DNA of 64,000 nt, from contig NIVC01001001.1 in NCBI GenBank assembly GCA_002269645.1, positions 62,001 through 126,000 of the forward strand. Direction: 5' to 3'. The notes beneath the pieces were generated by a model, which saw only the letters and a list, made by a program, of their open reading frames with translations, had not been told where the DNA came from and made no database searches. The DNA comes from Macrostomum lignano (Eukaryota). Position 1 is the stretch's first letter; every line of letters begins with the position of its first letter. Below are positions 24,263 through 35,508 of this stretch, one piece after another. Position numbers and translations under genes: made by a program.

Positions 24263-26284
24263 ATGCTAGCAGCCTTTCAAAGCGTGATTGCAGGGTGCAT
24301 TGTCGGCCAAATACTCGGTGTAGGATCCATTTACCCTACGGAACACAGGCCACAGCCTGAGTTTCAAAGAGACAGCAACCGAACCAGCAACTTTCTGGCG
24401 AGCGACGAAGTGTGGGTGCCCGGAACTACGACCCTGGTTACTATGCGAATGGTTGGAGAGCCACTGGACATTGCAGTTCGATTGCTCAATGGTCCCGCTT
24501 CGTTTGGACAGCCTAAACTCTACCTAATGGTGAAATGTTCGCAGTCGGACAGTTTCGTTACAGCGGAGCTGTTTACCGGATTTACTGAGCCCATTTCTGC
24601 TACGGGTGAGAATAACAACAAACTGGGTCGCGTGTTCTGTAAGCACAGGCAGCCATTCTCTGTTCAGCCAGTACAAAGTCGGAGCAACCAGTTCAGGCTG
24701 AAGCTGATTGACAACGCCGGGAGAGTTCCGTTTGAGGAATCGCTCGACTTGTCAGCAGAGATAGCTGTACGGGCCGCGTACAACAGACTCGAGCTGACTT
24801 CGAGTAGTCTACTCATCTACAACTGGGACTCTCTACTCAGCTTTGATGATGAGGCTGACGACCAGAGTTTTTCCGGAGGGTCAGCTCCAAAGAACCAACA
24901 CCAAATACTTTCCAAGGAAGCCATCGATTATTTATCGTTTCATTTTGACTACCTGCATGGTTCAAAATCCAAGAAAGTTCCATTTTTGCACGACAGGTTT
25001 GCTAAAATGGTGCAAAAATCTTCTCTAGTAGTGCGCAGCAGCTTTGTTTTCTCGGTAATTGTTCGCTATAACAGCAGCTCCTGCTGGGATGTTTGGGCAC
25101 CAAGATCCGATATCGTTGTTTCATCCGGCGATCCGACTTACTCGACTTACATTCAGTCAAATTTGAAACCGTGCTACTATTTGGATTTGCGAACTGGAGT
25201 TTTGGAGGTCAACGGACACTGCATGAACGGCCGAGTGGACAAGGCTGCCAGACTAATCAAGAACGACACGCAAGTTGTGTTGACTTGCTACCGGATATCG
25301 GCAAGTAACAAGGCCTGGCGTTATAACGCATTGAAGCCAGTCAAAGTCAATTACATGGATCTAAGATCTTTTCTTGTTGACATTAGAAGCGGTTTATTTT
25401 TGGAAGTTTTTAATAGTTTTGATAGCTACAAACGATTCGTAAAAAAATGCCATACCAGCTTCGATAAAATTGAAGTACAGCTATTTTCTGGAATGATCGA
25501 CGTCATTTTACAAGTGCCAGTCGTGTGTTCCATAATCCAACGCGTGTTCCACAATGGCACGGTGTGCGCTGGTCAGGTGGGAGGCGACGGCTTTCGAAAC
25601 TGCAGTCAGTACTCAGTTAGCAAGTTTTACTCAGCTATCCGGTTTGATGGCATGCTTAGCACTAAACATGCTGGAGTTTACACATTCGCTACAGAGGACA
25701 CAGTGTTCAAGTTCATAGTGACAGTGATAAGCCTACCTTTGTTCCGCACCGATGCTCAGTCTGGAGATCTCCAAGCGGAATCGATGGTCACCGAGCTGGT
25801 CCAGCTGTTTAACCTGAGCTGCACTGCGTTTTACTCCGGCGTGTCACCTGTCAGTCTGAGGCCGTCATTTTTAGTCAATGTTGACTTTAATCTGGTAAAG
25901 ATGGCTGTCCACGAGTTCACTCAGTACTTGGGTACGGCTCCTCAGAAGTTAGAGGTGAAACGTAGCGACGACAACAACAGCAGCAGCAGGCTGCAGCTGT
26001 ACATGCCTTACGTGGAGAACCCTGGCGACAAGGCCAATGCGTTTGTAGTCCGTTGCCGGGCCTCACTAACGGCTGCAGCTACAAAAAAGCTTCTTGGCAC
26101 GTCAGTGGAGTACTCAACTGAAACTCATGGCATTGTCCGCTTCACGAATCAGGTTCGAAATTTTCGAAACTATATGATGAGCAAAGACGTCTCGTCGGCA
26201 GTGCAAATCGACATTGCGCTGCTTACTACATCCATCTGCTTTTCTATTGTCGTTAGCAGCCTGACTGTAATCGATATGGGATAA
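24263..26284 (+). CDS. Single-exon surface protein with an Ig-like module, paralog 2 (673 aa from ATG 24263; C-terminal hydrophobic TM/GPI-signal-like tail)
   Basis: Uninterrupted ORF with a signal-like N-terminus and the tail IDIALLTTSICFSIVVSSLTVIDMG. Two blocks are near-identical to paralog 1. Confidence 0.82.
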   Translation: MLAAFQSVIAGCIVGQILGVGSIYPTEHRPQPEFQRDSNRTSNFLASDEVWVPGTTTLVTMRMVGEPLDIAVRLLNGPASFGQPKLYLMVKCSQSDSFVTAELFTGFTEPISATGENNNKLGRVFCKHRQPFSVQPVQSRSNQFRLKLIDNAGRVPFEESLDLSAEIAVRAAYNRLELTSSSLLIYNWDSLLSFDDEADDQSFSGGSAPKNQHQILSKEAIDYLSFHFDYLHGSKSKKVPFLHDRFAKMVQKSSLVVRSSFVFSVIVRYNSSSCWDVWAPRSDIVVSSGDPTYSTYIQSNLKPCYYLDLRTGVLEVNGHCMNGRVDKAARLIKNDTQVVLTCYRISASNKAWRYNALKPVKVNYMDLRSFLVDIRSGLFLEVFNSFDSYKRFVKKCHTSFDKIEVQLFSGMIDVILQVPVVCSIIQRVFHNGTVCAGQVGGDGFRNCSQYSVSKFYSAIRFDGMLSTKHAGVYTFATEDTVFKFIVTVISLPLFRTDAQSGDLQAESMVTELVQLFNLSCTAFYSGVSPVSLRPSFLVNVDFNLVKMAVHEFTQYLGTAPQKLEVKRSDDNNSSSRLQLYMPYVENPGDKANAFVVRCRASLTAAATKKLLGTSVEYSTETHGIVRFTNQVRNFRNYMMSKDVSSAVQIDIALLTTSICFSIVVSSLTVIDMG

Positions 26285-26657
26285 TATCTACTGTTCATGG
26301 TTCAATCAGCGTAAACATAATTTACAGATTATTTGCCAGCAGCAAACTGCGCAACATTTCCTTTTGCTTTTATTGCTTCATTACCTGTGCTACTTGTACT
26401 TCGTGTGATTTGGCCATAGCTATTTAGCGTAGTTTATTCTAGCCCGAATCCTAATCTCTCATTATTAGATTTATCCATCTCCTATAGTTGCTGAAAAAAT
26501 TATCACAGAAGTAACCTTCGCGCTCTCCTGAGACAATGATTTTCTAGTTTATACGATATGTATGCCTTGGAAAATATATTCGAGGATTCCTGAGATATAC
26601 ATGTTTTTGCATTGACATTGTTTCATTAAGTGGTCGTAAAACCAGTAAATTGTAACC

Positions 26658-27266
26658 AGCTTGGAATATACTGCTTCAGCAGAAGTCTCCCCTTGTACAG
26701 AATCAGCGTCTCATCGATGGCGACATCCTGCTCTGGTCGATAGGTTTCGCGACAAATTCGGCTAATCAAGTCCAGAAAAGACATTACTTTGCACAGTGGG
26801 TCGTTGATATTGAACTCTCGGCAGTCGTAGCACCGGAAGTAGGCCAGTAGCTGAAGAAATCGCCAACGGGGAAGGCTCTGCTTGCTGAAAGTATGGATTC
26901 CGATACATGACGTCTGTGGACCAGTAGTAGCATATGCTTCTCATCAGCTTCTGGATCCATGCTTTCCGACTCCATTTCTGACTCAAAAACCGTCGAGTCA
27001 TCGCTTGATAAAGCTTCTTCCAAATCGGAATCGAGTCCCAGTCTGCGCAAGGCGTTACTTTTAGCTGTCCTTTTCAGGCGCGTAGAAGCCATTTGTGGGT
27101 AGGAAGCTTTGAATAGGAGCTAGCAGAAAATCTCTGTGGTATACTACTTCTGGGCTTCTAGAGTGTGCATTCAATTCAGCAAGAAAGGCAAATTTGTCTA
27201 TGGACTGCTCTGCAGGCCTTTGGGCTTTTAAGCGATCTTACAGAACCAAGCTTGGGCGCGAAGTGG
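26658..27266 (-). mobile_element. piggyBac transposon relic with an internal deletion
   Basis: Acidic N-terminus (ORF 27092-26784) followed by CRETYRPEQDVAIDETLILYKGRLLLKQYIPS, the piggyBac IDE..YKGR..KQYIP motif. One end reads TTAA|CCACTT on the minus strand (TTAA at 27267-27270); the other end was not found. Confidence 0.75.
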
Positions 27267-30100
27267 TTAATGTGTAGGGGCCTAATGAAAAATCCCCTGC
27301 GCTTCGGCCCTTGGAAGGGCTCTTGCGCAACTTTTTCTTTAAAGTCGAATAGTTGATTATTGACGTGTTTGATAGTCCCATCTTCAACTGCTCGACACTT
27401 ATTAGGAAACTCCCAACTCTCGACCTTTCCCTAACATTAACAATCCCCAAGCTAAAACTACTGGTAGTAGTGTAAAAGCATATCTGCCCTACTACACTTG
27501 CAATAAAAATAAAAAAGAATTAAACTCTAACAAACCTCCAGTTGTAGTGAGTTCGATTGTTGTACTTAAGAGCACAGACTCAGTTAAATACTCTATTAAA
27601 TGAGCTGAGCTGTCTCGGGCGTGAAGCAGACGCGCTGGTTGTCTTTCAGATAAACGGCCAGCCTGATGACAGCCGGATACCGACTGTGCACTTCAAAGCC
27701 CAAGATGGTGTTTACCGCCTCCATGGGACCAATGTACCTGCCCAGAAGGTTGTCAAAGGTGAAATTCGCCTTGTGACCGCCGCGCACCTTCGTCACCGAG
27801 AAGCCGCCCATCTCGGTTGATCTGAGATGATAGTGCGGGTAGCCGTCCTCTTGAATCATGGTGACTGCCTGGAACTCTCTCGGATAGCGTTTGCTGCATG
27901 CGCCATTCTCCACGCACGACGCGGCTGGATTCAGCTGCATTCCACTGGGACCATGCAGGAGATTCTCAGCGACCAGCTTGTGCAGGTCCGCGTCGGCAAC
28001 GGGATCCGGGAGTTCTGCACTGATGATGGCGTCATATTGATCCGGCTTCAGCTTGACAGCCAACCAAAGCAGTGCGTGCACGTGGGGGAAGACCTATTTG
28101 AGTGGGATTTGGTTTATAAATGAAAAGTTTATTTATCCAGACATGATCAGCAAATATAACTAATTTTATTTTTCTTCAGGAATAGCTTTTTTAACAGTTT
28201 TATTAATACACATATTTAAGTATGCAATAAATATTGGCATGATAGTAGTTACCTCGAATTTTGGTACTCGAGAGCGTAGACTCGAGCCAGCGTGTCCCCA
28301 AACAGACTCTTCAGACTGTCGAGGAAGGCCTTCTTCTTCAGCTCGAACACCCTGGCGGTGATGTCCGGCCGATCCACGGCAGTTTGGCCAGGCAGCAGCA
28401 GCTCAGCAAGAATCTCAGGCCACTTCGGGTTACACGTCATCGTCAGGAACAGGTCTGGGCGGCCGAAGGCGTGCACATACGCCATGGCATCCTGCTGACG
28501 TTCTAGACGGTACCGAGGGCCACCGATGACGTATCCAGACGTCAGGATGACGTGGTTCCCGATGTCGATCCCGATCGGGTCGATCTCGCTCGGGTTCCCG
28601 TCGTTCGCGTGGAGCGCATCTCGCAATCCGCGCAGGCGCTCTGACAGCAGGTCCTTCTGGTGCAGTCGGATGTAGTTGAGCCTCTCCGACCAGATACTGC
28701 TGGAACAGCCGGCCTCCGTAGTGCAGGCTGTTGAACTGGCCTGGGTGGACCTGGATCATGAAGGCGTAATACTTGATGATAGTGATGCCACGATCCTGCT
28801 TGAGTCCGATGCTCCAGCCGTCCTCCCCAAATGGGAACAGCAGGACTTCCTTCAAGGGATCGTAAGAGCGGTGGGTGTCACAGATGCTCTGGAGGCCTGT
28901 GAATAAAAAATGATCGATGGGCGAATTCCGTCTTTTCTTAATGCAAATACAGCAATTACATCAATTAAACTGAATTCTTGAATCTTCCAATCGACACAAA
29001 AGCAAGAGATGATAAAATGCTTCGTTATTCAAGGGATACATGTGGGATTAGGGATATATAATTGTGCATCTCATTATCATATAAAAAACGGAAAAATCTG
29101 AGTCTTATGGAAAATGATTTAGAAGTTTGTAATAACAAATAAAAATAAATTTAACATAAATTTCGGGTCGCAGAACTCACCACCGCCCCTCAGACGCAAA
29201 ATCATGTCTCGCCGTCGCGTCTGGGCTAGGCTGGTATCGCCAAGGACCGTCAGGATGCCGACTTCACTGCACTCGGGCAAATTGAAGCGCCTGGCATGCT
29301 CCCCAGATGGACGGGCATCCGGGTTGATGACGACCTTGTCACTTTGCAGCTGAGGGTCGTTGCGGAGCAAGTCAACGGCGGACTTGAGGCTGCGCACGTA
29401 GCCGTTGCACGCATGCAGCATGGCTTGCAGCTCTTCCAGCAGACGACCGTTCAGTCCGGTGGCCCACTGCAGCCGGGTTTGAGGCTCCTGGTCCACAAAA
29501 AAGACCTGGCAGAACCTGGCCTCATCCCCCGGATCCGACAACAGGCTGCCGATTCGATTGTGCATCTGGCCATGGAAGATGAAGCTCGGGTTCCAGCCGG
29601 GCTGCTCACGCTGCTTGGCTCCGAGTGACGTCATGTACAACGCATCGTTGTACTTCCTGATGTCCTTCAGGAACTGCGAGCTGTCCGGGTGCTGGCCGCT
29701 TCAGGACATCATCGGGGGGGGGGGTGGGGTCACGGCGGGGCTCTAGGACGGTCTGAGAGTTGGATTAAAGTAAAAATATTTATCACTTTATGACTGTGGC
29801 TTGTCTTTAAATTCCACTTCCTATTAGTAAGTTATTTCTTACTAATTAACTTTCTTAGCAAAAATATTAAAAACATAATCACCTTGTCTCCATGGCAGCA
29901 ATCGCCGGCGAGCTCAGCTTTCCAGCGTAGGGCGCCGCAGTTCGGACGCTGAACATCCATGCGGCCGAGTACATGCGGCTGGTGCGCCAATTCCAGCAGT
30001 CTGGGATGCAGAAATGAATCTAGCAATGCTGTCGTGACTGTTTTTTAGCAAAGAATTGGCATACGCTCGCGTTTTCATTTTTCAAATTTTATCAGATCCA

Positions 30101-30355
30101 GGTCGGGGGTTCGATTCTCGACTCACTCGGACCAATCTGTGTCCTTGAGCAAGACACTCAACTCTGCATTTCTTCAGTTCATCCAGCTGTAAGATGGGCA
30201 TTAGCTGGAGTAATTGAGGGTGTGTGTGGCGCCCTTCCCACAGTGCTTAAGCAGCCTTTAGATGGGCCGCGCAATAGCTGCGGCTGAGCTGTCGGTTGCA
30301 CATCTGGCCCAGTTGGGCAGGTGTAAATATTTATTATTATTATTATTAATATTAC
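30101..30355 (+). mobile_element. SINE family B, 5'-truncated, nested in a Helitron intron
   Basis: B box, CORE-like domain, shared 3' body with 36508-36804, and an (ATT)n tail. Confidence 0.8.
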
Positions 30356-30552
30356 TATTAGATTCCAGGCTCTGATTAAACAAATAATGAAGTATAGAAT
30401 ATTCACCTGTCTTGGCGACGAGCTGACTGTGTGTGCAGACGGATGTTGCGGTCATCAGCCGGCTCCGCAATGCGAAGCTGATTCTGGCGATGCTGCTGCA
30501 ACGGCAGGTGATGCAGATGGTCAGTCTCCGGATTGTGCTCAATCGACTCCCC

Positions 30553-31214
30553 TCCAGGCGATGTTGGCGCTCGGCCTCGTCCTCTTCCTGGCGGCTCTCG
30601 ATGCTGCGCAACCGGTTCTCCTCAAGGCGATGTTGGCGCTCGGCCTCGTCCTCTGCCTGGCGGCTCTCGATGCTGCGCAACCGGTTCTCCTCAAGGCGAT
30701 GTTGGCGCTCGGCCTCGTCCTCTGCCTGGCGGCTCTCGATGCTGCGCAACCGGTTCTCCTCAAGGCGATGTTGGCGCTCGGCCTCGTCCTCTGCCTGGCG
30801 GCTCTCGATGCTGCGCAACCGGTTCTCCTCAAGGCGATGTTGGCGCTCGGCCTCGTCCTCTGCCTGGCGGCTCTCGATGCTGCGCAACCGGTTCTCCTCA
30901 AGGCGATGTTGGCGCTCGGCCTCGTCCTCTGCCTGGCGGCTCTCGATGCTGCGCAACCGGTTCTCCTCAAGGCGATGTTGGCGCTCGGCCTCGTCCTCTG
31001 CCTGGCGGCTCTCGATGCTGCGCAACCGGTTCTCCTCAAGGCGATGTTGGCGCTCGGCCTCGTCCTCTGCCTGGCGGCTCTCGATGCTGCGCAACCGGTT
31101 CTCCTCAAGGCGATGTTGGCGCTCGGCCTCGTCCTCTGCCTGGCGGCTCTCGATGCTGCGCAACCGGTTCTCCTCAAGGCGATGTTGGCGCTCGGCCTCG
31201 TCCTCTGCCTGACG
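30553..31214 (-). repeat. 69-bp coding tandem repeat (RQAEDEAERQHRLEENRLRSIES), 9 full units plus a partial one, in the Helitron N-terminus
   Basis: Perfect 23-aa units in ORF 30258-31238. Confidence 0.95.
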
Positions 31215-31926
31215 GCGGTATAAGTATAAGTTTCGCAAAAGAATTGCGAAACAAAATGAATGGTATAGGCTATTAGCACAATGCTAATATTGTCATGTGT
31301 TGCGCTACCTTAAATAAATATCTGAATATTTATGTTGATAGAAGAGAAGATCTCTCGTCTTTTCTCTCCTTTTATCTTTTATCTCATCTATCATTTCATC
31401 TCACCTCTGCTATTATCTTCTCTCTAGTCTCTTATTTCATCTCCTCTCTCGCTCCAAGGTCTCAGCTCTCTTCTCTTCTCTCTTTCCCCTTCTCTCTCCT
31501 TTTCTCTTTCATCGGACCCCCCCCCCTAGGATAAAAAGTTTGCATACCTTTTGTCCTAGAGAAACTGGAAAAAATACAATTTGAATGGAGCAGCGTCTCA
31601 TTATTGCGCATACCTTCCGCAAAGTTGAGAGCTGGTTGCCATAGTGACGCCAAAAGTATTGACATTTCAGGCAGCACCTGCTTAATAATGCATCATTTGT
31701 CGACTGGGGCAGCCTACGATTCTGACTATTCTGGCAGTTTGTTTACGGAATCTACCTGAGTTTAATTGGCAGAATGTCTGCAGCGGCGCGCATACATCTG
31801 CCATTGGCTCCGCCAATCTTCTTTGGGTGGCTACAAATTCAACTGTCGATTTGCCACAGGGTGGAGCGTCTTTTCCTCCCCAAAAGCTCCTGCCTCTAGC
31901 ACGCTATTGTCAAGCTAGCTGACAAC

Positions 31927-32831
31927 ATGAGCTCCCATTTTCTCCTGGCCCTCCTAACCTTTACAGTAATTTCTGCTTTGTTTGCGCCCACTGCATCGGC
32001 GAGAAGGCAGCTGACGTACCAATACTTGGGTTGTTTCGTCGAAAGCGTTCCCCCGCGAACCGGGATCTGGTAGGTCTGAAAGGCCTTGCAAAGCTGGGTC
32101 CCCACGATGTAACTATTCCAGCGCAAGGACTGACCTCAATCGCAACGATGTCGGTTGACTTGTGCAGCGAGCTGTGCTCACTTGGTGGATTCACATACTT
32201 TGGAGTGCAGGCCGCGTCCTACTGCTCGTGTGACTTTACCTACGGTTCGTTTGGAACCGCCAACGAGTCCGACTGCTACATGAACTGCGTCGGAGATGCC
32301 TCTCAGAAGTGCGGAAACAGCTATCGAAATTCGATGTACAAAATCACTTATTTGAGTGAGTTTCCAAAGGACTAAACAGGAATTTGAAATAGATAAATTA
32401 AATTTTGCGGCGTATTCTAATCTACTTCTGGAGCAAACTCACTTCTAGACTCTCAATCCAGAGAAGACAGCATTAGGGTATATAAGATTCAAAGTTAATT
32501 CCAGATCGCTTATTAAGATGTCGTATGTGCGTATCAGTATGTGCACTATAGGCGATCTCTTCTTGCAGAAGACAGCAGCTTCAGTTTCATACCGGATCTT
32601 GTCAGTTCACCGGTGCTGCTCGATGCCGCCTATCCTGCCGGCGTCATATCCAACCGAATGTCTGCTGCCAACACTCTTCTTCGCTGCCTCCTCGACTGCC
32701 AGGAGAACCCGGTGGCGATGTGCCAAGCTGTCTTGTTCGAAGCAAGCGGCAGACGCTGCCACCAGCTGACGTTCGCTGCCATTCCAACTGACCTGGGCGG
32801 ATCGGACGGCGAATTCTGGGCCAGAACGTGA
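31927..32831 (+). CDS. Secreted WSC-domain plus PAN/Apple-like protein, 2 exons, 1-nt frameshift in the C5 run at 32050-32054
   Basis: Signal peptide MSSHFLLALLTFTVISALFAPTASA, then YLGCF...RDL and CSELCSLGGFTYFGVQAASYCSC..YG..NESDCYMNCVGDASQKCGNSYRNSMY (WSC). Intron 32356-32517 (GTGAGT...TAAG). Exon 2 has CLLDC..CQAVLF..C (PAN-like). Confidence 0.75.
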
Positions 32832-33199
32832 AATATTCAACCACCAAGTGCAGATCGGTGACGGATTCTGGCAGAAGAAAACAAGAACAAAACTTTTTTC
32901 GCGTTGCATATACGTCCCTACACGCACTAGATACGTAGAAATGTCAAAACTTCTGATTGCATGCCTTATCAAGGCATTCCTCTGATCGATCAATCAACTA
33001 AAACACTAAGTTTTATGAAATTAGAAAAGAATACTTAGCTAAACGTAGCTGCTATCAGATATATAACATCTCGTTACATTATTGAAATTGACATCGAAAC
33101 AAATAGATTTTTTAAGATCTTTTTGCCAATAAAGCGATACCTGATTAGTCACGCAACTCAAATTCATCATTTTTTCGCGTGTGATTTTTATTTACAATA

Positions 33200-34440
33200 A
33201 TAGTAATAATATAATAATATACCGCCCGCGCTGACCACACAAGTGATCAAAAAAGGGTTGCGTCAAATCGCGCGCTTCAGGGCAAGGTCTCTGACGTGCT
33301 TCACGCCGGCTGACTGGCTGGGCGCTCGCGCATCATCGATAAGACAGTCGATGCTCTTCCCTATCCGCGTCTGCGAGGTCCCTGCGGAGTCCACAGCAGG
33401 ACGTCCTGCAGCGGCTCTAGGCAATAGGCTTCGGCCCCAATGATATGCCCGGCAAGCCGCAGACGTCGCTTGCTCAGCAGGACAGAAGGCCGCGTCAGGC
33501 GCGCTCGCTGGTATAGGAAGTCTGTCGTCTTGCTGCCGGGGCCGCGGCGGGCGCCGAAGCGGCACGAACCAGCTGCCTCTCGAGCGCCTCGGTCAGCGTC
33601 CAGGTTTCAGCATTGTACAGGAGGGCGGTCTCGAACACAGCCTGGAACAGCTGGGACCTGGCGCTGTCCGACAGGGCCTCCGAAAGCAGCACCGCCCGAA
33701 CAGATCGGAAGGCGGCCCAAGCCTTGCCGCGCCGTCTCGCCAGGTCGTCGCTCACGTCCGGCAGCAGCCCGCCGAGGTAAAGGAACTGACGACACTTCGG
33801 GAGCACCGTCAAAGGGCCATCGCCGTCTCTGAGTCGAATCTTGGCGGGTGGATCGTGAGGCACCGTCAGCACCTCGGTCTTTTTGGCGTTGATGACTATG
33901 CCGACCCTCGCAGCTCCGCAGTCAGGCCATCCAGCAGCCGTTGGGCGCCTTCTTCTCCGGGTGTCGCCGACTGGTGCGCCTTTGCAGTAGAAAGCTGTCC
34001 TCTGCGGTCGGCAGGCCGGTCCTGCGCACCCAGTCCGTCAGCAAAACAAAGAGGAAAGGCGCCAGAGTGTCACCCTGCAGGACTCCGGAGGTCGTGCTGA
34101 ACAGGTCCGACGGTCCGTCTGGCGTCGCTACCACAACGGTGGTGTCCTGGTACAGCGCCATGATGGCGGAGATCAGCTGCTGCGGTACGTTGTAGGCACG
34201 GAGCACGTGAGGCAGCTCATCGTGGGCCACCGAGTCGAAAGCCTTGAGGAAGTCAACAAAGATGACAACTAGGCTTGACTGGTGGATGTGCGCTTCTCGA
34301 TGATGCAGCGGGGGGCCAGGATCTGCGTCACTGTGCCACGACGAGGCCGGAACCCGTTCTGCTCGTACCGCAGGTACGGGTCCAGCACCTGCTGTAACCA
34401 TGCTAACAGCACCCGGTTGAACAGCTTCACAGCACAGGAC
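33200..34440 (-). mobile_element. 5'-truncated RTE-like non-LTR retrotransposon (RT relic, YADD region deleted)
   Basis: EQNGFRPRRGT, FVDFLKAFDSV, GVLQGDTLAPFLF, INAKKTEVL, FLYLG, KAWAAF and LLYNAETWTL, with a (TTA)-like tail near 33200. Confidence 0.88.
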
Positions 34441-34559
34441 ATCAGCTTCATTCATTCACAGCTTCATTCACAGCTCTTCTGTATAAGTACGGAGACGGAG
34501 TACGGAGAGTGAGACATCGAGAGAGGCTACTTAAAAGCCTTCAGTACAAGCGACTTTTT

Positions 34560-35000
34560 CTTCTTTACCGTAGCTGTCGTGGCCGTGGGCGCACCCATTC
34601 ATGCAACAGCTTCCGCCACCACTGCTCGTCCTTCGCTGCTCTCCTTAACCCTCTCCATTTTCCATCCGGTCCATTCTGAGGTAATCCTCTCACTGCATTT
34701 TCGGCCTTCCTCTTCTTTTTTCGCCTTCTAGTTGTCCTTGAATACAGACAGTTGCCATGCAGAACTCTGATGTCTGCATGATGATCTCCTCCACAAATTC
34801 TAGTTCCTTTCCCAAAACCTCCTTAACTTTTCTCCAAACCCAGGCATTTGTATTTTTCTCTTTCCATGAAATCTTTTATAATTCTTCTGTAATATTTCAT
34901 TTCAAAGGCTTTGAGTATCTCCACAATTTTCTTCCCCAGAGTTCAGCTTTCGGACCCATAAGAGAGTTAGTAATAGTTTTGCTGTGCATGACTGGGTGAG
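34560..35000 (-). mobile_element. RTE-clade C-terminal relic
   Basis: Minus-strand translation gives LSYGSESWTL...LKAFEMKYYRRIIKISWKEKNTN. Confidence 0.7.
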
Positions 35001-35508
35001 ACAGTAGGCAGATAATCCGGTGGCGCCTATCTCCTCTCCAGATGTGAATGGCCGCTGGCTTGAAAGCTCATCAGCCCTTTGAAAGGTCTGCTTTTATTCC
35101 TGCTGGGTGTTCCCACGCACTCTCCTCACCCAGGTTTCCCCAGGTGGAGGAGCCGGTTTAATTGCCGACTGCCTGACCATGAAACAGGCGGTACTGGTTT
35201 ACATGTTACCAGTTGACTGAGAAGAGAAGAGACCGCATGCAATTTTTATACGAGCTGACAATTCAAATTATTTTTCGAAAATTCACAAAACAGGGCGAGT
35301 TACTATGATTAAAAATGAAGAAAATACTCGCGCAGATGAGAGAGGCTACAATTGCGGAAGTTTGAAGTCAGTCTGTTCCATAGACAAACTTGTAGCTTCC
35401 GTTAGCAACTTACTCCGAATTAGGTTTATTGGGATTTTGTGTTCCACTAGCAATTCTATGTTGATTCGCGGCGGTAGTTTTTGCTGAGGAATTTCAAGGT
35501 TGTCAACA

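Larger units (their letters stand above)
27580..31280 (-). mobile_element. Intron-containing Helitron Rep (HUH) pseudogene with no helicase
   Basis: In order: N-terminal charged repeats; the zinc-finger-like LGRMDVQRPNCGALRWKAELAGDCCHGDK; FHGQMHNRIGSLL; YDPL.EVLLFPFGEDGW; GRLFQQYLV; GGPRY..QQDAMAYVHAFGRPDLFLTMTCNPKWPEI; HUH motif EYQNSRG-LPHVH across intron 28252-28094; then RYIGPMEA. Another intron lies at 29180-28897. Stops and frameshifts are present. Confidence 0.9.

Noticed and set aside
30387-31276. Plus-strand ORFs of 247-278 aa, one looking like a multi-pass membrane protein
   Set aside because: These are antisense frames of the 69-bp Helitron coding repeat.
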